Assembly: GCA_036172245.1 (NCBI GenBank)
Contig: JAYWIR010000007.1
Span: 4,092,001 to 4,156,000 of the forward strand
Length of the DNA stretch: 64,000 nt
From: Raillietiella orientalis
Lineage: Eukaryota
Reading direction: 5' to 3'
Part shown: positions 51,401 through 61,700 of the stretch, in pieces
Position numbering within the stretch: position 1 is the first letter of the stretch
Layout: each line of letters opens with the position of its first letter
The notes under the pieces: model-generated
What the model saw: the letters and a program-made list of their open reading frames with translations, nothing else
Told to the model about the DNA's origin: nothing
The model's database searches: none
Position numbers and translations under genes: made by a program

Positions 51401-53549
51401 TGGACGTTGTTCGAGTGCGGGAGGACCTCCTGAAGATGTACAGCAGCGTCAACTTTCCGGAAGGGAGAGGTTCGTTTCTCTTTGCACCCTCTGGGACGCG
51501 CCTGCCCCATCCCACCCGGAAAACTCCCCTTCCAGAGCGTGGGGGGGAGGCACTGAGTCTCGCCCGTAGCGACTCGCACCGGCCGCTCGGGCGAAGGTCG
51601 CGACCGTGCTCGTCCAAGCTGCTCCCGGGCGCGGTCTCTTTCCCCGCAACCCCGCATCGCGCCCTTGATCGCAGTCCAAGGCGCTCGACCTCGAGGTCGC
51701 GCTACTCCTTGAGGGTTCTCCCGGCCTGTCTCAACTCGGAACCTCGATCATTGGTCTGCAAGGTCCCACTCCGAAGGAACGGGCGCTTTTTTTTTTCCCA
51801 TGCCCTTCCCCTTTCCCAGTGTCCCGCACAGCGCGCTGGCCTCTGACCTCGCGAAGTTCCCCCCCCCCCCCTCCTCTACGCCTCCAAGTGGGAACTCCTG
51901 TCGCGCCACGTCGAGAGCATTCACACGCGGGGGAGGGGGAGAAGGAGGAGGGCATTTTTCCCATGGAAGAGGGGGCGTTGCTGTGCTCTACCGGGCGACC
52001 TTCCTCTCGGAAGAGTCTTTCTAGAGTGTCGCTTCCCCCCCCCCCCCGCAGCACCCTGTCTTTTCTCCCCAGCAATGGCGAGGGACGGAAAGATGGGAGA
52101 GGCGATGGGTGGCTTCTGAACCCATCCGTGTCGCCTCCTCTTCTCTGCGGGATCCCCGCCCTGCCCTCTAAATGCCCTCGCGGAGAGCAGGAGGAATGGG
52201 AGGGGGGGGGGGAAGGAGATCCTTCCCTCCCCACCTTCCACTCGAGCAGCAGCGGCGCGGAGGTCACTCCTGAGGGATCCGAGATCGCTGTCACTGCAAG
52301 CATCCCCTGCGCGTTCCCCTTTGAGCGCGGGAGTCAGGAAGGGAAGGTGGGGAGGAGTGGGGTGCCCGGCTTCGTTGCCGAGTCAGTCTGCCTCCCCCCC
52401 CGCCCCGGAAACTCGCACGCGCTTATGGGAAACCTCGCGACCCTGAACCAGATTCTCTCTTGCACGATACTGACGATGTGACCTTGAATTGCAGCGTTGC
52501 CCGGTAGGAAAGAACACTCCAGACGTTCGGAGGCTGCGCCCGAAGTTGGTCCCTCTTGTGGTAAATCCCCTTCCCGCCTTTGCAGATCCGAGTACAACAC
52601 CACGGCGCCCATGTACGGCATCTCCATGACGTCCGGCCAGACGGTCATCATCGTCCAGAAGTTCCCCGACCTGCTGCAGCAGGTCGTGTACGAGATGTGC
52701 ACGTGAGTTGAGTATCCCGGACCGGGGAGCGCGCGACCGTTCCCATTTCCCCCGCGCCGGTTCCCTCCGGCTGCCAGGGGAACGCGCCCGCTCGCCGGCG
52801 GCTGCTATCGCCGATGTCCAGGTCCTTCCCTCGGCGGCTTTGGCATCCCTGCTGGGGAGGTCGCGGTTTGCTCCCCCCTCCCTCTCCCTCCCTTTGGAGG
52901 GAAAGCCAGCACAATCCCGCGAGCGAGGCTGAGGTGACCGCAGCCGACGGCGAGGACGTTCGTTGCTTTGCCCTGTATGTGTGCTGACTTTCGGTCTCGT
53001 CCATTCTCCCCAGCCAGGGCAGAAGAGGTCGTGCGCTGCCCTACAGGACCCCTGGGTGAGGGAGGAACTGCGCACAGGAGCGGAACCCAGGGTGGGGAGT
53101 CGCTCGCGGGCTTCTGCACAGAGCTCCAGAAGGGGGAGCCGCGTCTGTCCCGCGGACGCGGAGAGCTTCGTCCTGCCAGGGGATCAGGGAGCCACGTGTC
53201 GTCGGCTGGCTCCGTCGCTTGCGACCACCTGTGTGCAGCCGGGGTACCCACCCAGCGGTCGAGCGCCAAAAAAAAAAACAAAAACGGAGAGGGGGCGGAG
53301 GAAACCGGGACGACCACGGCAGTCCGCTTCCGTTTCAGGTCCAAGGAGTGCGACGTGGTCCAAGGAGAGTGCCTGCAGTCGTACGTGCCGTACCTGTTTT
53401 TGGTGCTGCCCCAGGGACCGGTCACGATCACGGGTCAGGATTACGTCCTAGTCGAGAGCGGATGCACGTGCCAGCCGAAGATCCCGAGATACGACACCGA
53501 TCCGGAGTACTTCTCCGGGAACGACCCCTTCACCGACTCTCAGGAGTGA
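45418..53549 (+). CDS. Secreted Spaetzle/neurotrophin-like cystine-knot protein (start codon uncertain)
   Basis: Exons 45418-45536 (signal-peptide-like LYLVTAVLCGAAHA...EYPV), 51336-51469 (RSIEKIVD...FPEGR), 52452-52503 (DSLLHDTDDVTLNCSVAR), 52586-52702 (SEYNTTAPMYG...QQVVYEMCT) and 53339-53549 (SKECDVVQGECLQSYVPYLFLVL...VLVESGCTCQP...*). They are phase-consistent GT-AG, 633 nt. The YP..I prodomain motif, Q.V..E.C, C.Q.Y and terminal CxC match the Spaetzle knot pattern. The start is either an in-frame ATG from 45325 or an unseen upstream exon. Confidence 0.8.
46977..47182 (+). repeat. 206-bp dispersed direct repeat, copy 2 (in the long intron of the Spaetzle-like gene)
   Basis: Appears identical to 40305-40510. 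Confidence 0.95.
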
Positions 53550-53828
53550 CCCTCTTGCAGCAGGAAGCCCCGAAGCCACGTCGCCCCTTCCAGCAACGTC
53601 GCCCTCCCTCCGAAACGGGGAGCGCGAAGCGTCGCTATGGGGACGCCGCAAAAAACGCGGCCCGTTTGCTGCGCATGGTCGAGGCACTTCCGTTACGACG
53701 ACCACCACGTACAGCACGCGGCCACCCGCGTTTCCCTGTGCGCGCACCCCCGACCGGTTCTTCTGCAGCACGCCACGGAAACGTTGCAGGAAAAAACGTA
53801 CTCGCAAGCAGCCGGAGCTCATCTGTAC

Positions 53829-53834
53829 AATAAA
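53829..53834 (+). terminator. Poly(A) signal of the Spaetzle-like gene
   Basis: AATAAA 280 nt downstream of the TGA at 53549. Confidence 0.55.
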
Positions 53835-55200
53835 GTTTTCCAAGAGGTATTCGGCCGCACACTTTGGGTAGGGCTCCCTCCGGAAGGTGACTTTCGACCG
53901 CCAGCGGAGCTCAGGAAAAGGAACGAACCTTCCTGTTGCGAGCTAAAAGACAAGCAGGAGCAAAGAATCCGTTGTTGAGTTATAGACCCCTGTCGAATAC
54001 CTCGTTCCTCAAGGGTTCCCTCATCAGTAAAGAAGGAGCTGTTCTTCGAATAAACAGTCGCGTCACACATACTACAGGACCAGATAGCCCGCTGTTGCCG
54101 GGCTTGCCGAAAACGCACCTCACTCCACCGTGACTTTCGACGAAGGAATGCGAGCCCCCTCTCCCCCTTTCCGTTGTTGTTGGGTTTGCAGTTTTTCAAA
54201 CTGATGCTGCAGCCCGAATCGAAGTGGATATCTCGTGTATGCCTCTGTCAAGTTTGCACGCAAGACCGCAAATCTGCTGAGGTACAGCGGCTGCTGAGGA
54301 TCCCTCCGATTTAGTGGTTCCCCGTATTCTCTGATTCGTAGCCCGGTGCTTTGTATGGGTGATTCCTAGGGAAAGAATTCTTACTTGGCAGGAGATTTCT
54401 TTGATCTGGGAAAGGAGTAGCATCTCCTGCGAGCTGATTACCTACCTGAACCGCAGGGTGCGCCAACTAACTCATCAGGCAAATTTGATGGTTAGAAGAA
54501 AAGGATCCATGACATAATGAAGAAGCAAATACATTACTCAAGCGAGTGGTCCAATGAGCAGAATGGGGATTTGTGAGTGTAGTCCTATTCAAGGAAAAAT
54601 GCGTTTTGAATCAGCACCCTACACTTCCTGGACGTGGGGTTCCCTGTAGAAAGAATTCGATGACTCTGCTCTCTTGCTTCCCTGCTTCTTTCCACTAACT
54701 TGCAACCGCAGAAGCATGGGTCCACCGTCCAAGCTCTTGATGCTTGTCTGTGCTCTTGGTTCTCTATGGATTCATTGAGCAATGTAAATGAACTGCTCCA
54801 TCCAAGCATTCCCAGTGGAGCACGCTGCAAACCTTGTTTCGCTATGCTCTTTTCACTCTTTTACCAGTAAAAGTGCCACCTTTACCCCGAGTCCAGACAA
54901 TGCTCCAGCGGCTTCCGAGGTCCTATTTCTTCTAACACAACGAGGCAGTCCAAAGAGGCATATCCACTGTTAATGAAGCTGTTCGTAAGCAGCCCCCCGG
55001 GGCACACTTTCCATGCTCTTCGCCCTTCCGAGCGAATAAGATGGGATAATGCAAAAAGGTGCTTTTCGCGAGTGCACAACGCCGTCGCTATAGTGCTCAA
55101 CGTTGAAACTGCTTCGGCCAATGCAACTTCAACGTTAAGAAATGCATTGATATGAAAAGTCACTGCCTTAAGCACGATGCTTGATTGCCTTTTTGCATCC

Positions 55201-55314
55201 TGATGCCTCCTTTGCAACGAAGGTTGATTTATCCATAACAGATAAAGATCATCTATAATTACCAAAAACCTTCTTTTCATTTTACATATCACCCACCAAA
55301 CGCATTGGAGAAAG
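55201..55314 (+). repeat. Left copy of ~113-bp direct repeat flanking the RLE element
   Basis: TGATGCCTCCTTTGCAACG...CGCATTGGAGAAAG matches 56610-56722 with one substitution and one 1-nt indel. Confidence 0.95.
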
Positions 55315-56585
55315 GACCAATGAAGCTAGCTCAAGAGTTCGATACCTTCATCGTGGACAGCTGCTTCAAACTGCTTATGTTGGCAGACAAAGCAGTAAGT
55401 AAACTTGCAAAAACAACCCTGGATGAAATGGTCCAAACGCGGATGCAAGAAGCCCCGACAGATGAAAATCTCGGGAATTCATGATGGGCAAGAACATCAC
55501 AAAGCCCGGATGGGATATTGAGAGCCTCCGGTCGAAAGAAAGGCCTCTAGAAGAAGGAAAGCCCGCTAGGAGTTTCGGCAAGGAGAACCAAGTATCACGG
55601 TGGACGGAATACTCTTCACCAGCAGTGTAAGAAGACGGCTCGCCTCCGGCGTAAGAGCATTGCAGCGAGAACACGCATGGCAATCCCTCATTGAAAACTG
55701 GTTGGTTGAAGGTGCAAATTATCTACATCAGTCAAGGGAAGGACATGCAGTGTGTGGACATGCATCACTCTTCAAACTCCTTCTTCTTGCAAGTCTTCAA
55801 GCTTCCAGCTCATCTTCTTCCATACAAACGGAATCCACCTAAGATACCAAGACCACAGGTTCATCCATGCGGCAAGACTGAACCTTCTGCCACTAAACGC
55901 TGGACCAACGAAGAAGGTCCATGAAAGGACATGTCGGCGTTGCGGAACAGAGCACGAGACTTTATCACACGTGCTCAACAGATGTAAAAAGCACGCGCCT
56001 CTGACGATCCATGCAGCGCCATGATGCTCTCCTGGAAATCATCAAGAAGGCCGCAACGGAGGAAGCCAAGTGGACTCTGGTATCAAGCGATCGCAGAGTG
56101 CCAGGAACCCTCCTCCACCCTAAAACCAGACCTGGTTTTAGAGAAAAGCGATCGAATACGTGTGCTGAACATCTCCTGCCCATTTGAAAACGGAAAGGAG
56201 GCGTTCACCACATCTAGGAAAATAAAGGAGGCCAGATTCCATGATGCCGCCATGCAACTCAAATAACCAAAGTGCAGGCGATCCTGATCGGCCCACTTGG
56301 AGCATGGGATCCTGAAAACGACAACGTTCTGCAATACCTAGGAATTCCGAAGAAGAAGCTGATAAGGCTACGGCAGAGGATGGTAGCCATCTGCATCCTC
56401 TTCTCAAGTAGCATCTATGCAACACATGTAAGAAAGAAAAAAATGCAGCCCAACCAAATGATCTGGACCATGCTCTCACCCAGGAAGAGAGCACCGAGGA
56501 ACCGTGAAGAAAACCGGTGGAAACATCATTCGCGAAAGATTCACCACAGCCACTCCAGCAACAGTTTTTGTATTAATCCAAAATG
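55315..56585 (+). mobile_element. 5'-truncated, frameshifted RLE-type non-LTR retrotransposon (NeSL/Utopia-like, R2 group)
   Basis: Broken frames give the post-RT segment DTFIVDSCFKLL..DKAV..LA, then RFIHAARLNLLPLN, a CCHC finger CRRCGTEHETLSHVLNRC, RHD, the endonuclease KPDLV...NISCPFENG..AF...K, and IGPLGAWDPEND...IYATH. Confidence 0.9.
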
Positions 56586-56609
56586 CTTAAGAAAGCATCC
56601 TGAAGCTTA

Positions 56610-56722
56610 TGATGCCTCCTTTGCAACGAAGGTTGATTTATCCATAACAGATAAAGATCATTTATAATTACCAAAACCTTCTTTTCATTTTACATATCAC
56701 CCACCAAACGCATTGGAGAAAG
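56610..56722 (+). repeat. Right copy of ~113-bp direct repeat flanking the RLE element
   Basis: Near-identical to 55201-55314. Confidence 0.95.
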
Positions 56723-58614
56723 CAGCAACCGCCAGCCATTTCACCTTGCCTTTGATTCTTTCTTACAAATATTGAGCTTTTAATCTCTTCCAGGATAAAT
56801 CGCCATAAGTCTTCAAGCAGAGACTTGCTTCTCGTGTTAAATAGTAACCATGAGATTGCCACAAACAACTAGAGATCACCTGTTTGTCGGCGAGGCTTTT
56901 AGAGTGGTTGGTTAAATAAGAAATCTCGGTAAAATATATATATATATATATTCTCCTTTCGTGAAGGAACTCCAATGTTTTCGAGCGGAAAGGATGATTC
57001 AAACAGTGGGTAGTTTTGTATCTTCCCTTCTATCTCTAAGTACGCATGTGGACAGGAGAGCACCGGCTCTTCGAAAAGCTTTTGATGCTTTTGGTGGCCG
57101 TTGCCAGCGTTCGCATCATCAACTCCATGTGCTTTGGTTGACCCACGACTGCGTGCTGAGGGTGAGGACAATTTCCCTGACGCACTGTTTGCACTTTTCG
57201 ATGCTGTGCACCCCTTCGGAAACAGCGCGCCTCCAAAACCTTTCCTTTTCCCCGAAGGCACGGCTCGAGCCACACAAGGGAAGCACGTCCTCTTTTGATC
57301 ATCCTGACCCCGGTTCGAATGCATGCACTGTGAAAGAGGACCTTCAGCGAGTCCTCCTCAGAGCACACGAGAGTTCCATATGCGATGAAAATCAGCTGCT
57401 AGAGTAAGATGCTGACATTGCAGGACTTCGGACTGCACGTCACGATGGCATGTAAATTTTGTTTCGGAGAGGGATCCAGCTTAAATTTTCCCTCGTTTGA
57501 CTTCCTGGTGTCCAGATAGCTTTAACCTGATGGCAAGTCAAAACAGAAGAACTATCCTGCCAGCTGTGTTCATATCCTGCTGTTCCCGATCTGCGTTTCC
57601 ACGACATTCTTAGCACCTTTTCCATTATGTGTGCTATAAGGTTAGTTTACCCGAAGGAGTTCCAAGACAAACGTTACGTTAAATGGTTTTGATTTTCAAG
57701 CGCCGGAAAAAAAAAAAAGAAAGTGGTAGTTCTTCAAGGACACCGGCTCCAGTCGGCGACGTGTCTCGGATTTGCCCTTAAGTTGCCCCCCCCCATGATG
57801 TCACCAAAGCCGAGCTCTGCACTTAAAAACAAAAACCAGGTCAAATTTACTGTCGCGTAGAAACTGCTGACCTTTGGACGAGAATCGGGAACGCACTGGA
57901 CGTCGGGGCAACCGCAGACTTGCACTTGACGGCAAGCGTAGCAGGTCGACCGAGTTGGAGAAGGAGCCGGGGGACGTACGGTCACTTGAAACGGTCAAGT
58001 ACAAAAGCGATGATGGGATCCGAAGTCAACCCCCCTTCCCCCAACACCACTCCCATCACCCAAGCCCGCGCGGCAAGCGGCGACTTCTTTCGGTGGCCGC
58101 GCCGCGGTCTTCAGTCTCCGCATCCACGCCCATGAAAAGCAACCAGGAACTGGATGATTGACCTAATTGCGAAATCTTTCCCCGCCTGTGCAAATAATAA
58201 TACAATTGCAAGTGTCAACGCACAGACTACCCGATGAATCTGATATCTGATAACAGCAGCATGCAACTGGATGTTGTCATTACCAGCGATAAGGCACTTC
58301 GGCCCAGTTGCCCACTCGCTGCAATGCAGAGCCACACTTGCAATGCATGCGTCGAGCACCCTCGCAGCAGGACGTGAACTGCACGTGCATATTTCATTTC
58401 GAATGGGTTGCGTTTTTAGGCAGAAGGTTTTCTGGCAGTCTTCGCGGGCAGCAGCGGCGCCTTCCGCTCCCGCCGCCATCACCACAGGGCGACCTGCTCA
58501 GCACGAGCTCCCGGACCAGGCCCTAGCAAGGCGCGCAGAATGGGCGGGGTGGGTCCGCGGCACCTGCAAATTCCAGCGCCCCAAGAATAAGCCCTACGCG
58601 GCTGTTCAAACAAG

Positions 58615-58620
58615 TTTATT
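58615..58620 (-). terminator. Candidate poly(A) signal for both Nopp140 isoforms
   Basis: AATAAA on the minus strand ~120 nt past the SRP40-isoform stop codon. Confidence 0.5.
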
Positions 58621-58738
58621 ACGCTGAGGAAGAAGCCATTCCCGGGGATGGACATGTGCCACCGACCCGGGTTTCTTAAGAATAAGAACGCATAATAAGA
58701 ATGAATGAACACAGAAACATGCTGTTCTGACAACTGGT

Positions 58739-61700
58739 TTAATCTTCAAACTTCACAGAGTTTACTTGGGTCGAAATAAAACCACCGACATAGGATCCAC
58801 GTTTCTTTTTCGTTTTTTCGTGACGGAAACTCTTGCCTTTCGTGTGCTTTAGGTCATTAAATGCTCTTTCCCCCCAAGAACCACTGGCGCCCTTCTGCAA
58901 AGAAACAAAATGAGATTCTGGCTGTTAATCGGAATCAAAAGTGACTTTCGTGTTGGCTGCCATCCCTTTGAAACTTGCATTAAACTTGTTCGATCCAAAG
59001 TCTTTGCTTTGATTACCAAACTGCCTCTTTTCAAAACCGCCACCCGAAAAGGAGCCCCTATTCGATTTGAAATCCCTTCCGCCCCTGCCTTCGAAATCAC
59101 CAGAACCTCCTCTACCAAAACCTCCGCGACCTCTTTTAGAGAAACCACCTTTTCCACGAAAACCTCCACGACCCCTATCTCGACCGCCGAACGAGTTATC
59201 GGAGTTTCCACGATTTCGGTCGCCGAAATGACCGCGGTTGCGATCCCCAAAGCCCGAATCACGCTGTTTTCTGAAGCCAAATTGTGAATGCTGAGAATCG
59301 AAATCACGATTTTGAAAATTGCGATCCTTAAAATCCTGATGTCTTGGGGTGTCTCTCCTCGGCCTACGTGTGTCACCGTTATCTTCATCCTCATCATCAT
59401 TCTGATCTCCATGTGTCCAGGATTTATAACGAGAATCCGATCTTTCTTCGGGAAATGGTCGCTTATTAGAACCAAAATTTTTACTGAACGAATTTTCTCG
59501 GCCCTTCTTTTCAAAACTACTGAACTGTCCTCCCTCTCCAACCATTTTATCTTCCTCCATCTTTCCTTTTTTCTGTTCCTGGAAGGAAGAATTCATATAG
59601 AAACTTTTAGCACAAAAGTAAAAGACGTTCTCCAGGATGGACAGCCAATGCTGAAAGTCACAATGATTATCACCTTGTGCAAAAATTGATTATTAAATTT
59701 TGGTTCCCATTTCACTCTTGTAGAATCAACTCTCCGAAATGGCTCCTTGGGCATTAAATTCTAGGGAAAAATGCAATCTAATACAGAAAATTCACAAAAG
59801 CGACAAGAAGAACAAAGTACTTACACTTTGACTTAAGTTACCATGCTTCATTTTTTTCGTAGGTGGTGCAGGATCCTATAAGACATTTGCTTAGGCATTA
59901 AGCACAGCTACACCTTACTTGTTGCAAGAGTTTATTTTCCTTTTTTTTTCTTTTGTTGACATTTAGAAAAGCTGGAGGACTGGAAGCTACTTGAGGTTCA
60001 ACTGCTTCACTGCTTTCCTCTGATGAATCTTCCTCTTCTAAAACAATTATTCAAAAAAAAAAAAAAAAAATCCGTTGAGACTTACCATTTTCGGAAAGAT
60101 CATTATCGTCGGAATCCTTATTCGTATCAAAAAGTGGTTTTTCAACAGACTGTCCTATGTTCCACATCAAACAAATGAAATCGGAATTCTCCAATATGCA
60201 ATTCTAACCTTTCTTTTTTGACGAACCCATTTCATGACAAATGTTCTTAGAATCTTTTCTACTAGTACTATTCACAACTGCATCAGGCTTAATCGACTCT
60301 TGTTTCTTCTTATCTGAAGGAAGCTAAATCAGTTATTTCCCTTTTTCTAGACTTACTGGCTAAAGGAGCAGAACTCTCATCACATGAGCTATCTTCAGTA
60401 CTTGAAGAATCTTGTGCACCTTGACTTGCAAAAGATGCTGTGTTGCTGGTCAGAGAATGTTGCAACCCAACTAATCAAATTTTATAAAATACACTACTGT
60501 TACAAAAAACATTTACCTTTAGAATGCTCCTCACTATCTGAATCTTTTTCACTACTGGGAGAATCTTGCACAGATCTTTTTACTTGCGACTTGGATGCTG
60601 ATGATACTACTGAAAAATTTTGAATTACTTTTGATAGCTGACTCACTTGGTTGTGTTGTATCCTCTGATTCTGTTTCACTGGATTCAGTATCACTACTGG
60701 GTACTTCTTTCCTTTTAGCTGCATGCTCTGCAGTGGCTGGGAACTGACCCTTCACTGGTGTAACTGATTTGCCTTTCAATGAAGGAGAAGCCAATACCTT
60801 TGATTCTTTTGCTGTAGCAGCTTTTTTTGCTGGTGCTAGTTTTTCAAAAAACGAAAGTAGAGCAACCAACATTCTTTGTAACTACCTGTTAAAGGTACTT
60901 CATCCTCAGTGGAATCCTCACTACTTGAGGAAACGGGCAAAGCAATTTTTTGAGGGTTGCCTTTGCCTTTTGTATTCTGCTTTTTTGAGGGTGGCTCTAC
61001 TGATGGATTAAGTGTAGATGACATTTTCGTTCCCTTCATTTTTCCTATTTATTACAAAGTAATATGAAGGAAAATGAGCATTTTTTTTTTTTTTTTTTTA
61101 CTTGAAGCAGCAACAAGTTCATCCACTGAATCTTCTTCACTACTTGAGGATTCCTGAGCTGTGGCTGTCTGACTAACATTTTGCGGTAACTTATTCTTCT
61201 GATTGGAATCAGATGCTAAAAGTCACATAATTAAATGATTCAGATACATTAAACATACTTTTTGTAAAAGCTGGCAATTCATCATCAGAGGAATCACTAC
61301 TGGATGACTCAGAAGATTCTTGCAATGGGGCTTTCTGAATGGTTGATGGTGCAGTCTTCTTATCTGATGCTGGGGTTGCAAAGGAAATGTTCTTTGGAGT
61401 CCCTTGCTTTTTACTTGGCAAGGGATTGGCGGCAAAAGCATTTTTGCCTGATGTGGCTGCTTTTCCTGAAGGCATAGACTTGTCTGTGGATTTTGATGCT
61501 GAAACACCTTAGACATAATTCACAAATCTTCACAAATACTTGGTGTAAAAGCTGGTAATTCGTCATCAGAGGAATCACTACTGGATGACTCAGAAGATTC
61601 TTGCAATGGGGCTTTCTGAATGGTTGATGGTGCAATCTTCTTATCTGATGCTGGGGTTGCAAAGGAAATGTTCTTTGGAGTCCCTTGCTTTTTACTTGGC

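Larger units (their letters stand above)
54580..57620 (-). mobile_element. Decayed L1/Tx1-like LINE ORF2 relic, interrupted by the RLE element
   Basis: Minus-strand fragments occur in the order expected for L1-clade ORF2: LENIGVP (YLG-like), SLADKQVISS (LSLxGK-like), LEDLWRFI, then AWKVCPGGLLTN...C...PLEHCL (zf-RVT-like). There are many stops and frameshifts, and the boundaries are approximate. Confidence 0.5.

Noticed and set aside
57734..58161. TCYACRQ zinc-knuckle-like motif (possible LINE ORF1/gag)
   Set aside because: The His of a CCHC knuckle is missing and the surrounding frames are not convincingly gag-like.
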